Below, piece after piece: positions 1 to 8,378 of a stretch of DNA of 14,184 bases; within the stretch, counting starts at the first letter, position 1, and each line of letters starts with the position of its first letter. The DNA is from an uncultured Gemmatimonadota bacterium. GTDB lineage: Bacteria; SM23-81. The notes beneath the pieces are model-generated. The model made no database searches. It had not been told where the DNA came from and saw nothing but the letters and a program-made list of their open reading frames with translations. The position numbers and the translations under genes are program-made. The stretch covers positions 1 through 14,184 of the forward strand of contig CAZOYL010000066.1 of the NCBI GenBank assembly GCA_964584035.1. Direction: 5' to 3'.

Positions 1-1
1 G

Positions 2-46
2 GTCAGCCGTCGGGGTGACAAACTCACATTTGCCAACTCAAAGTAA
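2..46 (+). CDS. Probable 3' end of an upstream gene (...VSRRGDKLTFANSK*), product uncertain
   Basis: Open frame from the window edge to TAA at 44-46, followed by a + strand terminator. The peptide loosely resembles ClpC/ClpB C-termini, but 14 aa is too short to call. Confidence 0.35.
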   Translation, partial: VSRRGDKLTFANSK

Positions 47-69
47 AATAAAGAATTGTCGGTATCGGG

Positions 70-96
70 GGGGGAGCAACGGTCTCCCCCTTTTTT
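70..96 (+). terminator. Rho-independent terminator
   Basis: Stem GGGGGAG (70-76), loop CAACGGT, stem CTCCCCC (84-90), then TTTTTT (91-96). Confidence 0.75.
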
Positions 97-130
97 CTTC
101 CATCTCTTTTCTGCGGTGTAAAGAGTTTTC

Positions 131-3100
131 ATGAAGGCACGCCTGTGGGTTCTCATCATCGTCCTGATCGCCTGTCTGATCACTGCAAGCCTCTATATCG
201 GCTGGCGACGCGCCGGCATCGGGGGCCGGGTGGAAAGAAGGTTTCGGGTGCGGCTGGAGCAGACCAGCGGTGCCCGGGTGGATTTTGATAAATTCCAAAT
301 GGGGCCGGGCTACATAGAAATGCGGGGCGTCAGCCTGGTTGACCGGGGCGGCCGGTACACTTTTTCGACAGAGCGGCTGCGGCTGAGTTTTTCGCTGATG
401 GATCAGCTGCTGGGGAGTGTGGGATTTCATGCCGGGATCCGGGAGATCTTTGTCAACCATCCTGTTCTGAAGGTCCACCTGAATCGTCTCCAGGGGGGTG
501 AGGAGGGGAGCACAGAAGATCTGTCCGGATGGATGCGATTCCTTCCTCAGCGAATCACCATCTCAAAAGGTTCCATCGTCATCGTTTCCTCGGATACGAG
601 CCGGATCAGCCGAATCACGGACCTCGATGGGTGGCTGGAAGAGGACCAAGAGAACGGCGGCACGTTCCGCTGTAGCGGATCCTGGGGAGCGGACGGGGGC
701 AACCTGATCGTCACGGGAACCTATGAAAAGAAATTTCAAGCGTATCACATTCAGGGTGATCTTCGCGAGGCGGATCTTTCCCTGGTACTGGCTCCGATCC
801 TGTCACCGAGATACACCTATCATCACGGACGGATGAAGATGACCCTCCGGGCCGCCAAGGAGCCGATCGATACACGGCCGCATATCGATGGACAACTGAG
901 CATGAAGGTTGAGAGTCTGGTCGATGAAAAGATCGGCATCACCCTGCAGGATATCAGGACCAAAGCGCGCGTCGAGGAGATGGATATCATCCTGGAAGGG
1001 GCCGAGGCCAGAGCCCTGGGAGGAGTGGTCAGGGCACAGGGCCGGATCATCGATCTGCTGCATCCGACGACCGATCTTCATGTGTCTCTGCAAAACATCG
1101 ATGCCGGATCCCTCTGGTCCGGCATCCTGGGAGAAGATGAACAGCCCGTCATCGGCGGACGGATGAATCTGGAGGGCCGGCTCACCGGCTCAGCCGACGA
1201 TGTTCGATTCGAGGGCCGGATCTCGGCGCCCTCGGTCAATGTTTCCGGCCTGGCCCTGGCCGATCTGAGCGGAACGATTGCCAACCAGGGATATCATATC
1301 CAAATCGACGAGCTGACCGCCCGGCTGCCCTGGGCTCATGCGGCCTGCCGGGGAGAGCTGAACCTGTCGTCTTCGCCGCCGCAGGTGCTGATCGATTGGC
1401 GGCTGGAGGATGTCGACGTCGCTGCGGCCATCTCAGAGAACTTTTCGCCGGCCGGAATCGATGGGAAAGGATTTATTGCCGGAAGGATCGCGGGATCGGT
1501 TCCGGCGCTGCACCTGCGGGGAGGATTCCAACTGCAGGAGGTGGAAAGTTCCTGGATGCCGGCCCGGGCGCTGGCCGGCTGTTTTCAATGGAGCGGACAT
1601 CGGTTGAGTTACCGGGTGACCTCTTCCGACGGACGTATTCGTATGGAAGGAGGCGCCGACGGCCTTTCCATCCGAGCTCAGCAGGAGGTTATTGTCAGCC
1701 TGCAGCCCATCCCGATGGGACAGCTTTGGACGGATCTGCCAGGACGGTATGCCGGCAGCACGCTCGATGGGCAATGGATCTTTCTTCTGTCGGCCTCATC
1801 GGTCACCTCGGTGGGCCGGATGAAGCTGCGATCGGCAGGTGATCAGGATCGACATTTTCAAACGGCCCTGAGCGTTTCGAACCCCTGGGATTCAACCCGC
1901 CATGCCGAAGCCAGGGTTGCATCTCAAGACCTGGCCCTGGGCGGCCAGCCTTTCGAGCTGACCCTCCACGCCGCCATGAACCGAGAGGGTTTCTGGCTTC
2001 GGGAGCTGCGCGCCGGTGACGAGCTGAGGGCCTGCGTCAAGCTCGATCGCCGCCCGGAAGGACATCTGGATGGACAACTGGTCCTCTCGGGACTGCATCT
2101 GCACCGGCCTCTGGCGCTCCTGCTCTCACCTGCGAGCCGGAAGGCAGTGGACGGTTCTCTGACCGGGGATTTCAGGATCAGCGGCACCAGAGACCATCCC
2201 AGGCTGGCCGGACAGCTTCACATCGACGAAGGGCGCTGGGGGCGGATGAACGATCTCACGGTGAAGCTGCCCCTTTGTTTTGAGAGGGGAGGATTCATTC
2301 TGCCGCAGGCAGAGATCTTGAGAGACGGTCATAAACTGCTGACCATTAAGGGGACCGCTGCGGCTGGGGGACCATGGCAGTTCTTTGCCTACGGCCAGGA
2401 AGTGGAGGCCTCCCGGCTGGCTCCCGTGCTGCGGCCGGAGAACGGCGAGGTGGACGGCACCATACTGGCCGTGTGCCAGCTCGAGGGACCCGCCACTTCT
2501 CCCGAGATTCGGGCCTTGCTGAATTGGAAAGACGGACGCTGGAACAACCTGGACTTCGACCGGTTGCACATGGAGGTCCGGAGGAAGGAAGGGTTCTGGC
2601 ACCTGGACCGGTTTACGGTGGATTCATGGGGGCATCGTCACATCTCGGTATCCGGCATCGCCCCGGGAGATCTGTTCGGAGTCATCCCCGGGATGGAGGA
2701 TAAAGGAGTGGGGGAATTAGATCTCACCATCGGAGCCGACGGCGATGTCATCTCGCTGCTTCCGGCCGTCACCGACCTGGTCACCGCCTCCGGGGGGCAG
2801 GGAGAGATGCATTTTCGCATGGGAGGGATTCCCGGATCTCTGGTGATCGGCAGCGGGCGGTTCCAGTTTCATGATGCCTGGATCGAGCCGGCCGTTTTCA
2901 TCGAGAGGATCGAGGATCTCAACGGTCATATGGAGGTCGATGAGGATGACCACTTTCTGCGGATCGAGCATCTCTCGGGGACCGTGGACGATCGCTCCCT
3001 GCTGATCGGCAATCGTCAGAGGGTTCCGGATGCCGGGCTGGCCCCCATGACCATTCCTGGCCTGGGCCTCGATCTCGGGGTGTTGACTCTGGAGACCGAT

Positions 3101-4258
3101 CAGGACGGAATTGAGGTCAATGTGCCCAACCTCATGGGTCGGGGTGTCACCGGGCAGATGCAATTCAGCGATCACGACCGGAAGGGTCCCCTGCTGCTTA
3201 GTGGACCACTGGAATCTCCTCTGGTCACCGGATCGCTCATCCTGAATCATATGGAATTTACCTATCCGCCCCTGGCCACGTTCGGAGAAACGTCGTTAGG
3301 CTTCCTATCGCATGTCCGCTGGGATCTGCGGGTGGAAGCCAAAAAGGATGTATGGTACAAGAACGATTATGCCTACCTCAGGCTCAGAGATACGGTATCG
3401 CGGCTGCATTTCACCGGCTGCACCGCTGAGAAGAATTTGGTGGTCGCCGGACATGCCGAAGCTGATCGTGGAGAGGTGATCTATCTGGACCAGGCATTTC
3501 AGGTGAAAGAGTTCGAGATGGATTTTGAGGGGCAGAGCAAGGCGTCATCGCCGCAACCCGATAATCTGCCCTTCGTTTCCGGGCAATTCGAGACCACCGT
3601 TCAGGATGAATCCACCGGGGTGGCGACCGATATTTATCTCACCCTGTATACGCTGGACCCGCAGACCGGTGAGAAGTCGGCTCGGGGACAGTGGGGAGAG
3701 TTCGAGATGGAATTATCATCCAACGATCCCGGAGATGACGATCGGGAAAAAATCCTGGCCAAACTGGGGTATGCCGGGGACTATAACGAGAAAGCTCTAC
3801 AGCTCTTGCAAGTTACGCTGGGCCCCAAGCTGAACGAGGTTTTTCTTCGCCCGGTCATTCAGCCGGTGGAACGGACCATCAGGCGGACTCTGGGTATCGA
3901 CGTGATCCGGCTGCAGCCCGGATTGACCTGGAATCTTCTCTCGCAGGAAGAAAGCCCTCCGGGAGAGCACCGATCCCTGTCTCGCCGCCTGGTATTTCCC
4001 CGGACCAGCCTTCTGGTGGGTAAATATTTGACAGACAATTGCCTGCTCAGCTATCTGGGTAAGTTTCAGACCCGGACCGATGAATTCTTAGACGATCGAC
4101 TGGGCATCAGTCATTGCTTCGGCTTGGAGTATCGGCTCAGCGGCGGCACCATTCTCGACATTCAATATGATGTCGAGCGAGACCTTACAGAGGGCGATAA
4201 AAGGGTCAAGACGACCAGTGATAAGCGTGTTCAGATCACGCATAATTTTCCATTTTGA
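131..4258 (+). CDS. Large AsmA-like / TamB-family envelope-bridging protein (1375 aa)
   Basis: N-terminal hydrophobic anchor (LWVLIIVLIACLITASLYIGW). Long Gly-rich beta-taco-like body with recurrent 'G...P...G.L' motifs (GTRDHPRLAGQL, GPLESPLVTGSL). DUF490-like C-terminus (LLVGKYLTDN...GLEYRL) ending in Phe. Confidence 0.75.
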   Translation: MKARLWVLIIVLIACLITASLYIGWRRAGIGGRVERRFRVRLEQTSGARVDFDKFQMGPGYIEMRGVSLVDRGGRYTFSTERLRLSFSLMDQLLGSVGFHAGIREIFVNHPVLKVHLNRLQGGEEGSTEDLSGWMRFLPQRITISKGSIVIVSSDTSRISRITDLDGWLEEDQENGGTFRCSGSWGADGGNLIVTGTYEKKFQAYHIQGDLREADLSLVLAPILSPRYTYHHGRMKMTLRAAKEPIDTRPHIDGQLSMKVESLVDEKIGITLQDIRTKARVEEMDIILEGAEARALGGVVRAQGRIIDLLHPTTDLHVSLQNIDAGSLWSGILGEDEQPVIGGRMNLEGRLTGSADDVRFEGRISAPSVNVSGLALADLSGTIANQGYHIQIDELTARLPWAHAACRGELNLSSSPPQVLIDWRLEDVDVAAAISENFSPAGIDGKGFIAGRIAGSVPALHLRGGFQLQEVESSWMPARALAGCFQWSGHRLSYRVTSSDGRIRMEGGADGLSIRAQQEVIVSLQPIPMGQLWTDLPGRYAGSTLDGQWIFLLSASSVTSVGRMKLRSAGDQDRHFQTALSVSNPWDSTRHAEARVASQDLALGGQPFELTLHAAMNREGFWLRELRAGDELRACVKLDRRPEGHLDGQLVLSGLHLHRPLALLLSPASRKAVDGSLTGDFRISGTRDHPRLAGQLHIDEGRWGRMNDLTVKLPLCFERGGFILPQAEILRDGHKLLTIKGTAAAGGPWQFFAYGQEVEASRLAPVLRPENGEVDGTILAVCQLEGPATSPEIRALLNWKDGRWNNLDFDRLHMEVRRKEGFWHLDRFTVDSWGHRHISVSGIAPGDLFGVIPGMEDKGVGELDLTIGADGDVISLLPAVTDLVTASGGQGEMHFRMGGIPGSLVIGSGRFQFHDAWIEPAVFIERIEDLNGHMEVDEDDHFLRIEHLSGTVDDRSLLIGNRQRVPDAGLAPMTIPGLGLDLGVLTLETDQDGIEVNVPNLMGRGVTGQMQFSDHDRKGPLLLSGPLESPLVTGSLILNHMEFTYPPLATFGETSLGFLSHVRWDLRVEAKKDVWYKNDYAYLRLRDTVSRLHFTGCTAEKNLVVAGHAEADRGEVIYLDQAFQVKEFEMDFEGQSKASSPQPDNLPFVSGQFETTVQDESTGVATDIYLTLYTLDPQTGEKSARGQWGEFEMELSSNDPGDDDREKILAKLGYAGDYNEKALQLLQVTLGPKLNEVFLRPVIQPVERTIRRTLGIDVIRLQPGLTWNLLSQEESPPGEHRSLSRRLVFPRTSLLVGKYLTDNCLLSYLGKFQTRTDEFLDDRLGISHCFGLEYRLSGGTILDIQYDVERDLTEGDKRVKTTSDKRVQITHNFPF

Positions 4259-4294
4259 GCATTGCCGAAAAATGTTCCTCCTCGAAAATTTCCC

Positions 4295-4323
4295 TTGCAA
4301 ACAGCAGTACGATGTGTTAAAAT
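4295..4323 (+). promoter_or_regulatory. Sigma70-type promoter for rpmA
   Basis: TTGCAA (4295-4300), 17-bp spacer, TAAAAT (4318-4323), extended -10 TG at 4315-4316, in an AT-rich intergenic region. Confidence 0.75.
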
Positions 4324-4382
4324 AATTAAATACCTCGCCAGAACATAAAAATCAAGGAAGGATACAAGAGGGGAGATGACCG

Positions 4383-4649
4383 ATGGCGCACAAGAAAGGT
4401 GTCGGCAGTTCACGAAACGGAAGAGACAGCGACGCACAGCGTCTTGGTGTGAAACGTTCTGCCGGACAAAAGGTTCGTGCGGGAAGCATTCTGGTCCGCC
4501 AGCGCGGAACGAAGTTTCATCCGGGACAGAATGTTGGGATCGGCGGAGATGACACTCTGTTCGCCAAGATCGATGGCGTCGTGACGTTTGAAAGCAAGGG
4601 ACGTCATCGGAAACTGATCAGCGTCTACGAGATGATTTCAGAAAGCTAA
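4383..4649 (+). CDS. rpmA: 50S ribosomal protein L27
   Basis: [47 protein letters not shown]; purine-rich RBS GAGGGGAG at 4368-4375. Confidence 0.99.
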   Translation: MAHKKGVGSSRNGRDSDAQRLGVKRSAGQKVRAGSILVRQRGTKFHPGQNVGIGGDDTLFAKIDGVVTFESKGRHRKLISVYEMISES

Positions 4650-4676
4650 AGCTCCTGATGATTCAGGAGTTTTTTT
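4648..4676 (+). terminator. Rho-independent terminator after rpmA
   Basis: AAAGCTCCTGA-TGAT-TCAGGAGTTTT hairpin merging into a T7 run (4670-4676). Confidence 0.85.
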
Positions 4677-4684
4677 GGGGAACA

Positions 4685-4702
4685 TTGAGAAATATTTCAC
4701 GA
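4685..4702. promoter_or_regulatory. Putative Rex (NADH/NAD+ sensing repressor) operator
   Basis: TTGAGAA-ATAT-TTCACGA matches 12 of 14 positions of the Rex consensus TTGTGAA-N4-TTCACAA with an AT-rich spacer. It lies about 40 bp upstream of an anaerobic redox operon. Confidence 0.55.
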
Positions 4703-4741
4703 GCTCCCCTTTTTTGATCTGGTGACGAAAGGAGAGCGGCT

Positions 4742-5449
4742 GTGATTCGGGCAGGTATCCTGCTGAGTGGTTTGGGGTACGCAGACGGATCCGATGTCGA
4801 GGAGACCGTTCTGGCGGCCCTGTTTCTTTCAGAATCCAATGCTGAAGTGATCTTTATGGCACCCGACCGGCCACAGCGGGAGGTCAGAGATCATCGCTTT
4901 TCGAAAACGGTCGGCAGTGAACGTCATATTCTGACAGAATCATCCCGAATCACTCGCGGACCGGTCCACCCGCTTGATCGTATCGAGCCCACCGAACTTG
5001 ATATCCTGATTATCCCCGGGGGACTCGGAGTTCTCAGCAATTTATGTGATTTTTCCACCCTGGGAGAGAATTGCTCGGTCGATGAGGATGTCCGTCATCT
5101 GGTCGGAGGAATGGTCCGGCGGAAGAGACCGGTGGGAACCATATCACACGGGATCGTCCTTCTGGCCCGGGTCTTGAAGGAACGCCGGGGGATCAGTCCC
5201 ACGTTGACCTTCGGCAACAATGCCCAGATGAGCGGGCATATTCAGCTTCTGGGCGGCACACCCATTCCCACCAAAGCCGACGAAGCCCTGGTCGACGAAC
5301 AAAACCGGCTGGTCAGCACGGCGGGGACGGCCTCGGGCGCCAAGCTGGCCACTATGGCTCGCGGTATTGAGAACCTTATCAGGGGCACTTTGGAACTCGT
5401 TCACAGAGGAGAGAGGGATGAGAGAAGTTCAGGCACATCAGATCACTGA
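4742..5449 (+). CDS. elbB: ElbB/ES1-like DJ-1/PfpI (class I glutamine amidotransferase-like) protein, nucleophile Cys replaced
   Basis: LLSGLGYADGSDVEE, FMAPD..Q..V.DH, ER.IL.ES.RI.RG, IIPGG.G...NL.DF, VD..N.LVST all match ElbB. GTG start with RBS AAGGAG. Confidence 0.8.
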   Translation: MIRAGILLSGLGYADGSDVEETVLAALFLSESNAEVIFMAPDRPQREVRDHRFSKTVGSERHILTESSRITRGPVHPLDRIEPTELDILIIPGGLGVLSNLCDFSTLGENCSVDEDVRHLVGGMVRRKRPVGTISHGIVLLARVLKERRGISPTLTFGNNAQMSGHIQLLGGTPIPTKADEALVDEQNRLVSTAGTASGAKLATMARGIENLIRGTLELVHRGERDERSSGTSDH

Positions 5450-6263
5450 GGTGGTCAAGAACCTTTGTATGGATGCGAACTATGACCTCGGACAGGATGT
5501 GATCGATTCGTTAAAACGGTCACTGGAAAAAGAGGAATCTCCCACCGGGAAAGAGATTCTGGAGATGATCCTGGAAAACGCCGATATCGCCAGAGAAGAA
5601 CGGCTTCCCATTTGTCAGGACACGGGTTTTGCCGTCCTGTTCGTGGAGCTGGGTCAGGATGTGCACATCGTCGGAGGAGAGTTCGAAGAGGCCATCAACG
5701 AAGGGGTCCGGCAGGGTTACAGCCAGGGATATTTGCGTAAGTCTATCGTGGACGATCCCGTTCTGGACAGGAAGAACACCTCGGATAACACCCCCGCTGT
5801 GATTCATACCCGCGTCGTGCCCGGCGAGCGAATCCGCATCGTTTTCGCTCCCAAAGGCGGCGGCAGCGAGAATATGAGCGAGGTGAAGATGATGAAGGCC
5901 GCCGATGGCATCGAGGGCGTCAAGGATTTTGTGGTCGACAAGGTGAGGCGCTCAGGCGGCAATCCATGCCCGCCGGTGGTGGTCGGCATTGGCATCGGCG
6001 GCACCTTCGAGAAGGTCGCGCTGCTCGCCAAGCAGGCTCTGCTGCGTCCGCTGGGGCAGCGGCACCCGGATGCTCGTTTCGCCGCCGTGGAGGAAGAGAT
6101 TCTTGAGCGGGCGAACAAGCTGGGTATCGGGCCGATGGGACTGGGTGGCCGGGTCTCCGTTTTGGACGTGCACGTGGAGGTTTTCCCCTGCCACATCGCC
6201 AGCCTGCCGGTGGCCGTGAACATGCAGTGCCATGCCGCTCGGCATAAAGAGGCCGTCATCTGA
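5418..6263 (+). CDS. Class I Fe-S fumarate hydratase, alpha subunit (TtdA/fumarase N-terminal family)
   Basis: PICQDTG, GYLRKSIV, PKGGGSEN, NPCPP, CHIASLPVAVNMQCHAARH, with three cluster Cys. Start placed at ATG 5418 (MREVQA) after GAGAGGG; overlaps the end of elbB by 32 nt. Confidence 0.93.
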   Translation: MREVQAHQITEVVKNLCMDANYDLGQDVIDSLKRSLEKEESPTGKEILEMILENADIAREERLPICQDTGFAVLFVELGQDVHIVGGEFEEAINEGVRQGYSQGYLRKSIVDDPVLDRKNTSDNTPAVIHTRVVPGERIRIVFAPKGGGSENMSEVKMMKAADGIEGVKDFVVDKVRRSGGNPCPPVVVGIGIGGTFEKVALLAKQALLRPLGQRHPDARFAAVEEEILERANKLGIGPMGLGGRVSVLDVHVEVFPCHIASLPVAVNMQCHAARHKEAVI

Positions 6264-6324
6264 GGATCGTTTTCGATGTGATCATCGAGCGTTCTATCAT
6301 TCATCGATCAAAGGGGGAAAGACG

Positions 6325-6882
6325 GTGGCGTCAACCAAAAGGCTGCAAACACCACTTTCAGACGAAGATGTCAAGAAACTGAAGATCGGGGATAAAGTCC
6401 TCCTCAATGGCGTCATCTACACCGGTCGGGATGCCGCCCATAAGCGCTTGGTGGAGCTCATCGAGGCAGGAAAGGACCTGCCCATTGACATTAGAGGGCA
6501 GATTATCTATTATGTCGGTCCCTCTCCGGCGAAACCCGGAAAACCCATTGGGTCGGCCGGCCCCACCACCAGCTACCGCATGGATCCCTATGCGCCCGTA
6601 CTCATCGCTCAGGGACTCAAGGGTATGATCGGAAAGGGCCCCCGTGGAGAAGGGGTCGTGTCAGCCATGAAACGCCATGGGGCCGTCTATCTCGGAGCCG
6701 TCGGTGGCGCGGCCGCCCTCATCGCTCGGGCCATCAAGAAGGCTGAGGTGGTGGCCTATGAGGATCTGGGGCCGGAGGCCATCCGGCGTCTGGAGGTGGA
6801 GGATCTGCCCGTCATCGTGGCTCAGGATGCTCACGGCGGCGATCTCTTCCGGGAAGGCGTGGAAAAATACCGGCGGGAATGA
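6325..6882 (+). CDS. Class I Fe-S fumarate hydratase, beta subunit (TtdB/fumarase C-terminal family)
   Basis: YTGRDAAHKRL, IYYVGP, SAGPTTSYRM, MIGKG, YEDLGPEAI. Likely GTG start at 6325 after AAGGGGG. Confidence 0.93.
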   Translation: MASTKRLQTPLSDEDVKKLKIGDKVLLNGVIYTGRDAAHKRLVELIEAGKDLPIDIRGQIIYYVGPSPAKPGKPIGSAGPTTSYRMDPYAPVLIAQGLKGMIGKGPRGEGVVSAMKRHGAVYLGAVGGAAALIARAIKKAEVVAYEDLGPEAIRRLEVEDLPVIVAQDAHGGDLFREGVEKYRRE

Positions 6883-6939
6883 CGCCAGCAGCTATTCTGC
6901 GCGACGGCCATGAGACCTCAATAACAAAGGAAACGATTC

Positions 6940-7347
6940 ATGCGAACGGTATTGTCGGCCGACAAGGTCAAAGGGGACTTCCTCAAGAAGGTAGAAGAGC
7001 TCAGCGGGCAGAGCATCTGGGCCTGCTACCAGTGCGGCTGCTGCTCGGCGGGATGTCCCGTGGCGGAAGAGATGGATTTGCTTCCCAACCAGGTGATTCG
7101 CTACGTCCAGCTGGGATTCGAGGATGAGCTGATGAGCGCGAAAACCATCTGGTTATGCGCCTCCTGTTTCCAATGCTATGCCCGCTGTCCCCGGGGCATC
7201 GATATTTCCAAGATCATGGATGCCCTGCGTCAGATGGCCCTGGGGGCAGGCCCCGATCGGTACGGACCGAACGAGATTCCTGCCTCGGAGCTGGCCGGAG
7301 CTCCTCAGCAGGCCCTGGTCACCGTGGTGCGAAAACTTGGGAATTGA
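6940..7347 (+). CDS. hdrC: Heterodisulfide reductase subunit C-like 2x[4Fe-4S] protein
   Basis: CYQCGCCSAGCP and IWLCASCFQCYARCPRGID; directly precedes hdrB; RBS AAAGGA. Confidence 0.92.
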   Translation: MRTVLSADKVKGDFLKKVEELSGQSIWACYQCGCCSAGCPVAEEMDLLPNQVIRYVQLGFEDELMSAKTIWLCASCFQCYARCPRGIDISKIMDALRQMALGAGPDRYGPNEIPASELAGAPQQALVTVVRKLGN

Positions 7348-7371
7348 TATCTCGTTCATACGGAGGGTGAG

Positions 7372-8292
7372 ATGAAGCTGCCGTACTACCCTGGATGTAC
7401 CCTGAAAGATCGGACCTCCCAGCTGGAGAACACGGCTCTGGCCTCAGCAGAGAAACTGGGTGTTCAGCTCCAGGAGATACCCAACTGGACCTGCTGCGGG
7501 GCCGTCTATCCGGTGAGCGAGACCAGGATCATGAATCTGGTGGCCCCCATTCGTATTCTCAAAGAGGTCGGTGAAGGCGGGGATGACCGGGTAGTGACGA
7601 TCTGTGATTTCTGCTATAACGTGCTCAAAAGGGCCAACCGGGCTATTCGGGATGATGACATGAAGCGTACCCGGATGAATCTCTTCCTCAGCGACGATGA
7701 TCGACGATGGGCCGACAGCGGCAAGAAGGTGGGCGAGGGTGAGGCCTATGACGGCGGGGTCAGGGTTCTTCATTACTTGGAGATGCTGCGCGATGAGGTG
7801 GGTTTTAAAAAGATGGCCGCGGCGGTGAAAAGGCCGCTCAAAGAACTCCAGCTAGCGCCCTATTACGGCTGTAACCTTCTGCGGCCGGCCGAGGAGATGA
7901 ATTTCGACGACCCCGAGAATCCCAGGATCATGGAGGATTTCGTCGAGCATCTGGGAGGCTGTGTGGTGAGCTTTCCGTACCGTATCGAGTGCTGCGGATC
8001 TTTTTTAGGACTTTCCTCTCCGCCTGCTGCCCGCCGGCTGTCGCATACCATTCTGGCGTCGGCCCGAAAGAACGGGGCCGATGCGGTCGTGCTCAGCTGT
8101 CCGATGTGTTTTTACAATCTGGAGACGAAACAGAAAGAGCTGGCCAGGGAATTCGCCGGATTCAGGCCCATTCCCGTGTTTTTCTTCACTCAGCTGCTGG
8201 CTCTGGCCCTGGGCCTGGATGCCGGCGATATGGGTTTCGATGAGCACTTCGTCGATCCGCTCCCACTGCTGCGGGAACGAGGTCTGGCCTGA
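7372..8292 (+). CDS. hdrB: Heterodisulfide reductase subunit B (two CCG domains)
   Basis: YYPGC...WTCCGA...CDFC and YYGC.LLRP...ECCGS...CPMC; all ten CCG-motif Cys present; RBS GGAGGG. Confidence 0.94.
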   Translation: MKLPYYPGCTLKDRTSQLENTALASAEKLGVQLQEIPNWTCCGAVYPVSETRIMNLVAPIRILKEVGEGGDDRVVTICDFCYNVLKRANRAIRDDDMKRTRMNLFLSDDDRRWADSGKKVGEGEAYDGGVRVLHYLEMLRDEVGFKKMAAAVKRPLKELQLAPYYGCNLLRPAEEMNFDDPENPRIMEDFVEHLGGCVVSFPYRIECCGSFLGLSSPPAARRLSHTILASARKNGADAVVLSCPMCFYNLETKQKELAREFAGFRPIPVFFFTQLLALALGLDAGDMGFDEHFVDPLPLLRERGLA

Positions 8293-8313
8293 CCGGTTTG
8301 AAAAGAGCGGGTC

Positions 8314-8355
8314 CTTGAACATCTGAAATACTTGAACATCTGATAGATATGAACA
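8314..8355. repeat. 17-bp period tandem direct repeat between hdrB and hdrA
   Basis: CTTGAACATCTGAaata (8314-8330), CTTGAACATCTGAtaga (8331-8347), partial third copy taTGAACA (8348-8355). Confidence 0.7.
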
Positions 8356-8378
8356 CGGCACTTTCGTGAGGAGTTCAG

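Noticed and set aside
67..74. G8 homopolymer as a phase-variation tract
   Set aside because: Intergenic and largely explained as the 5' arm of the terminator stem.
5367..5417. Longer ORF-track starts (5367; likewise 6232 and 11528)
   Set aside because: Downstream starts at 5418, 6325 and 11561 have better RBSs and avoid or reduce overlap with the upstream gene.
6273..6288. Small hairpin TCGATG-TGAT-CATCGA between the fumarase genes
   Set aside because: 6-bp stem with no U-tract; not a convincing terminator and could be chance.
5418..6882. L-tartrate dehydratase TtdAB
   Set aside because: Same family and not separable with certainty by eye, but the context with a fumarate reductase-like enzyme favours fumarase.
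8314..8355. CRISPR array
   Set aside because: Repeats are only 13 bp with 4-bp gaps; no spacers and no cas genes.
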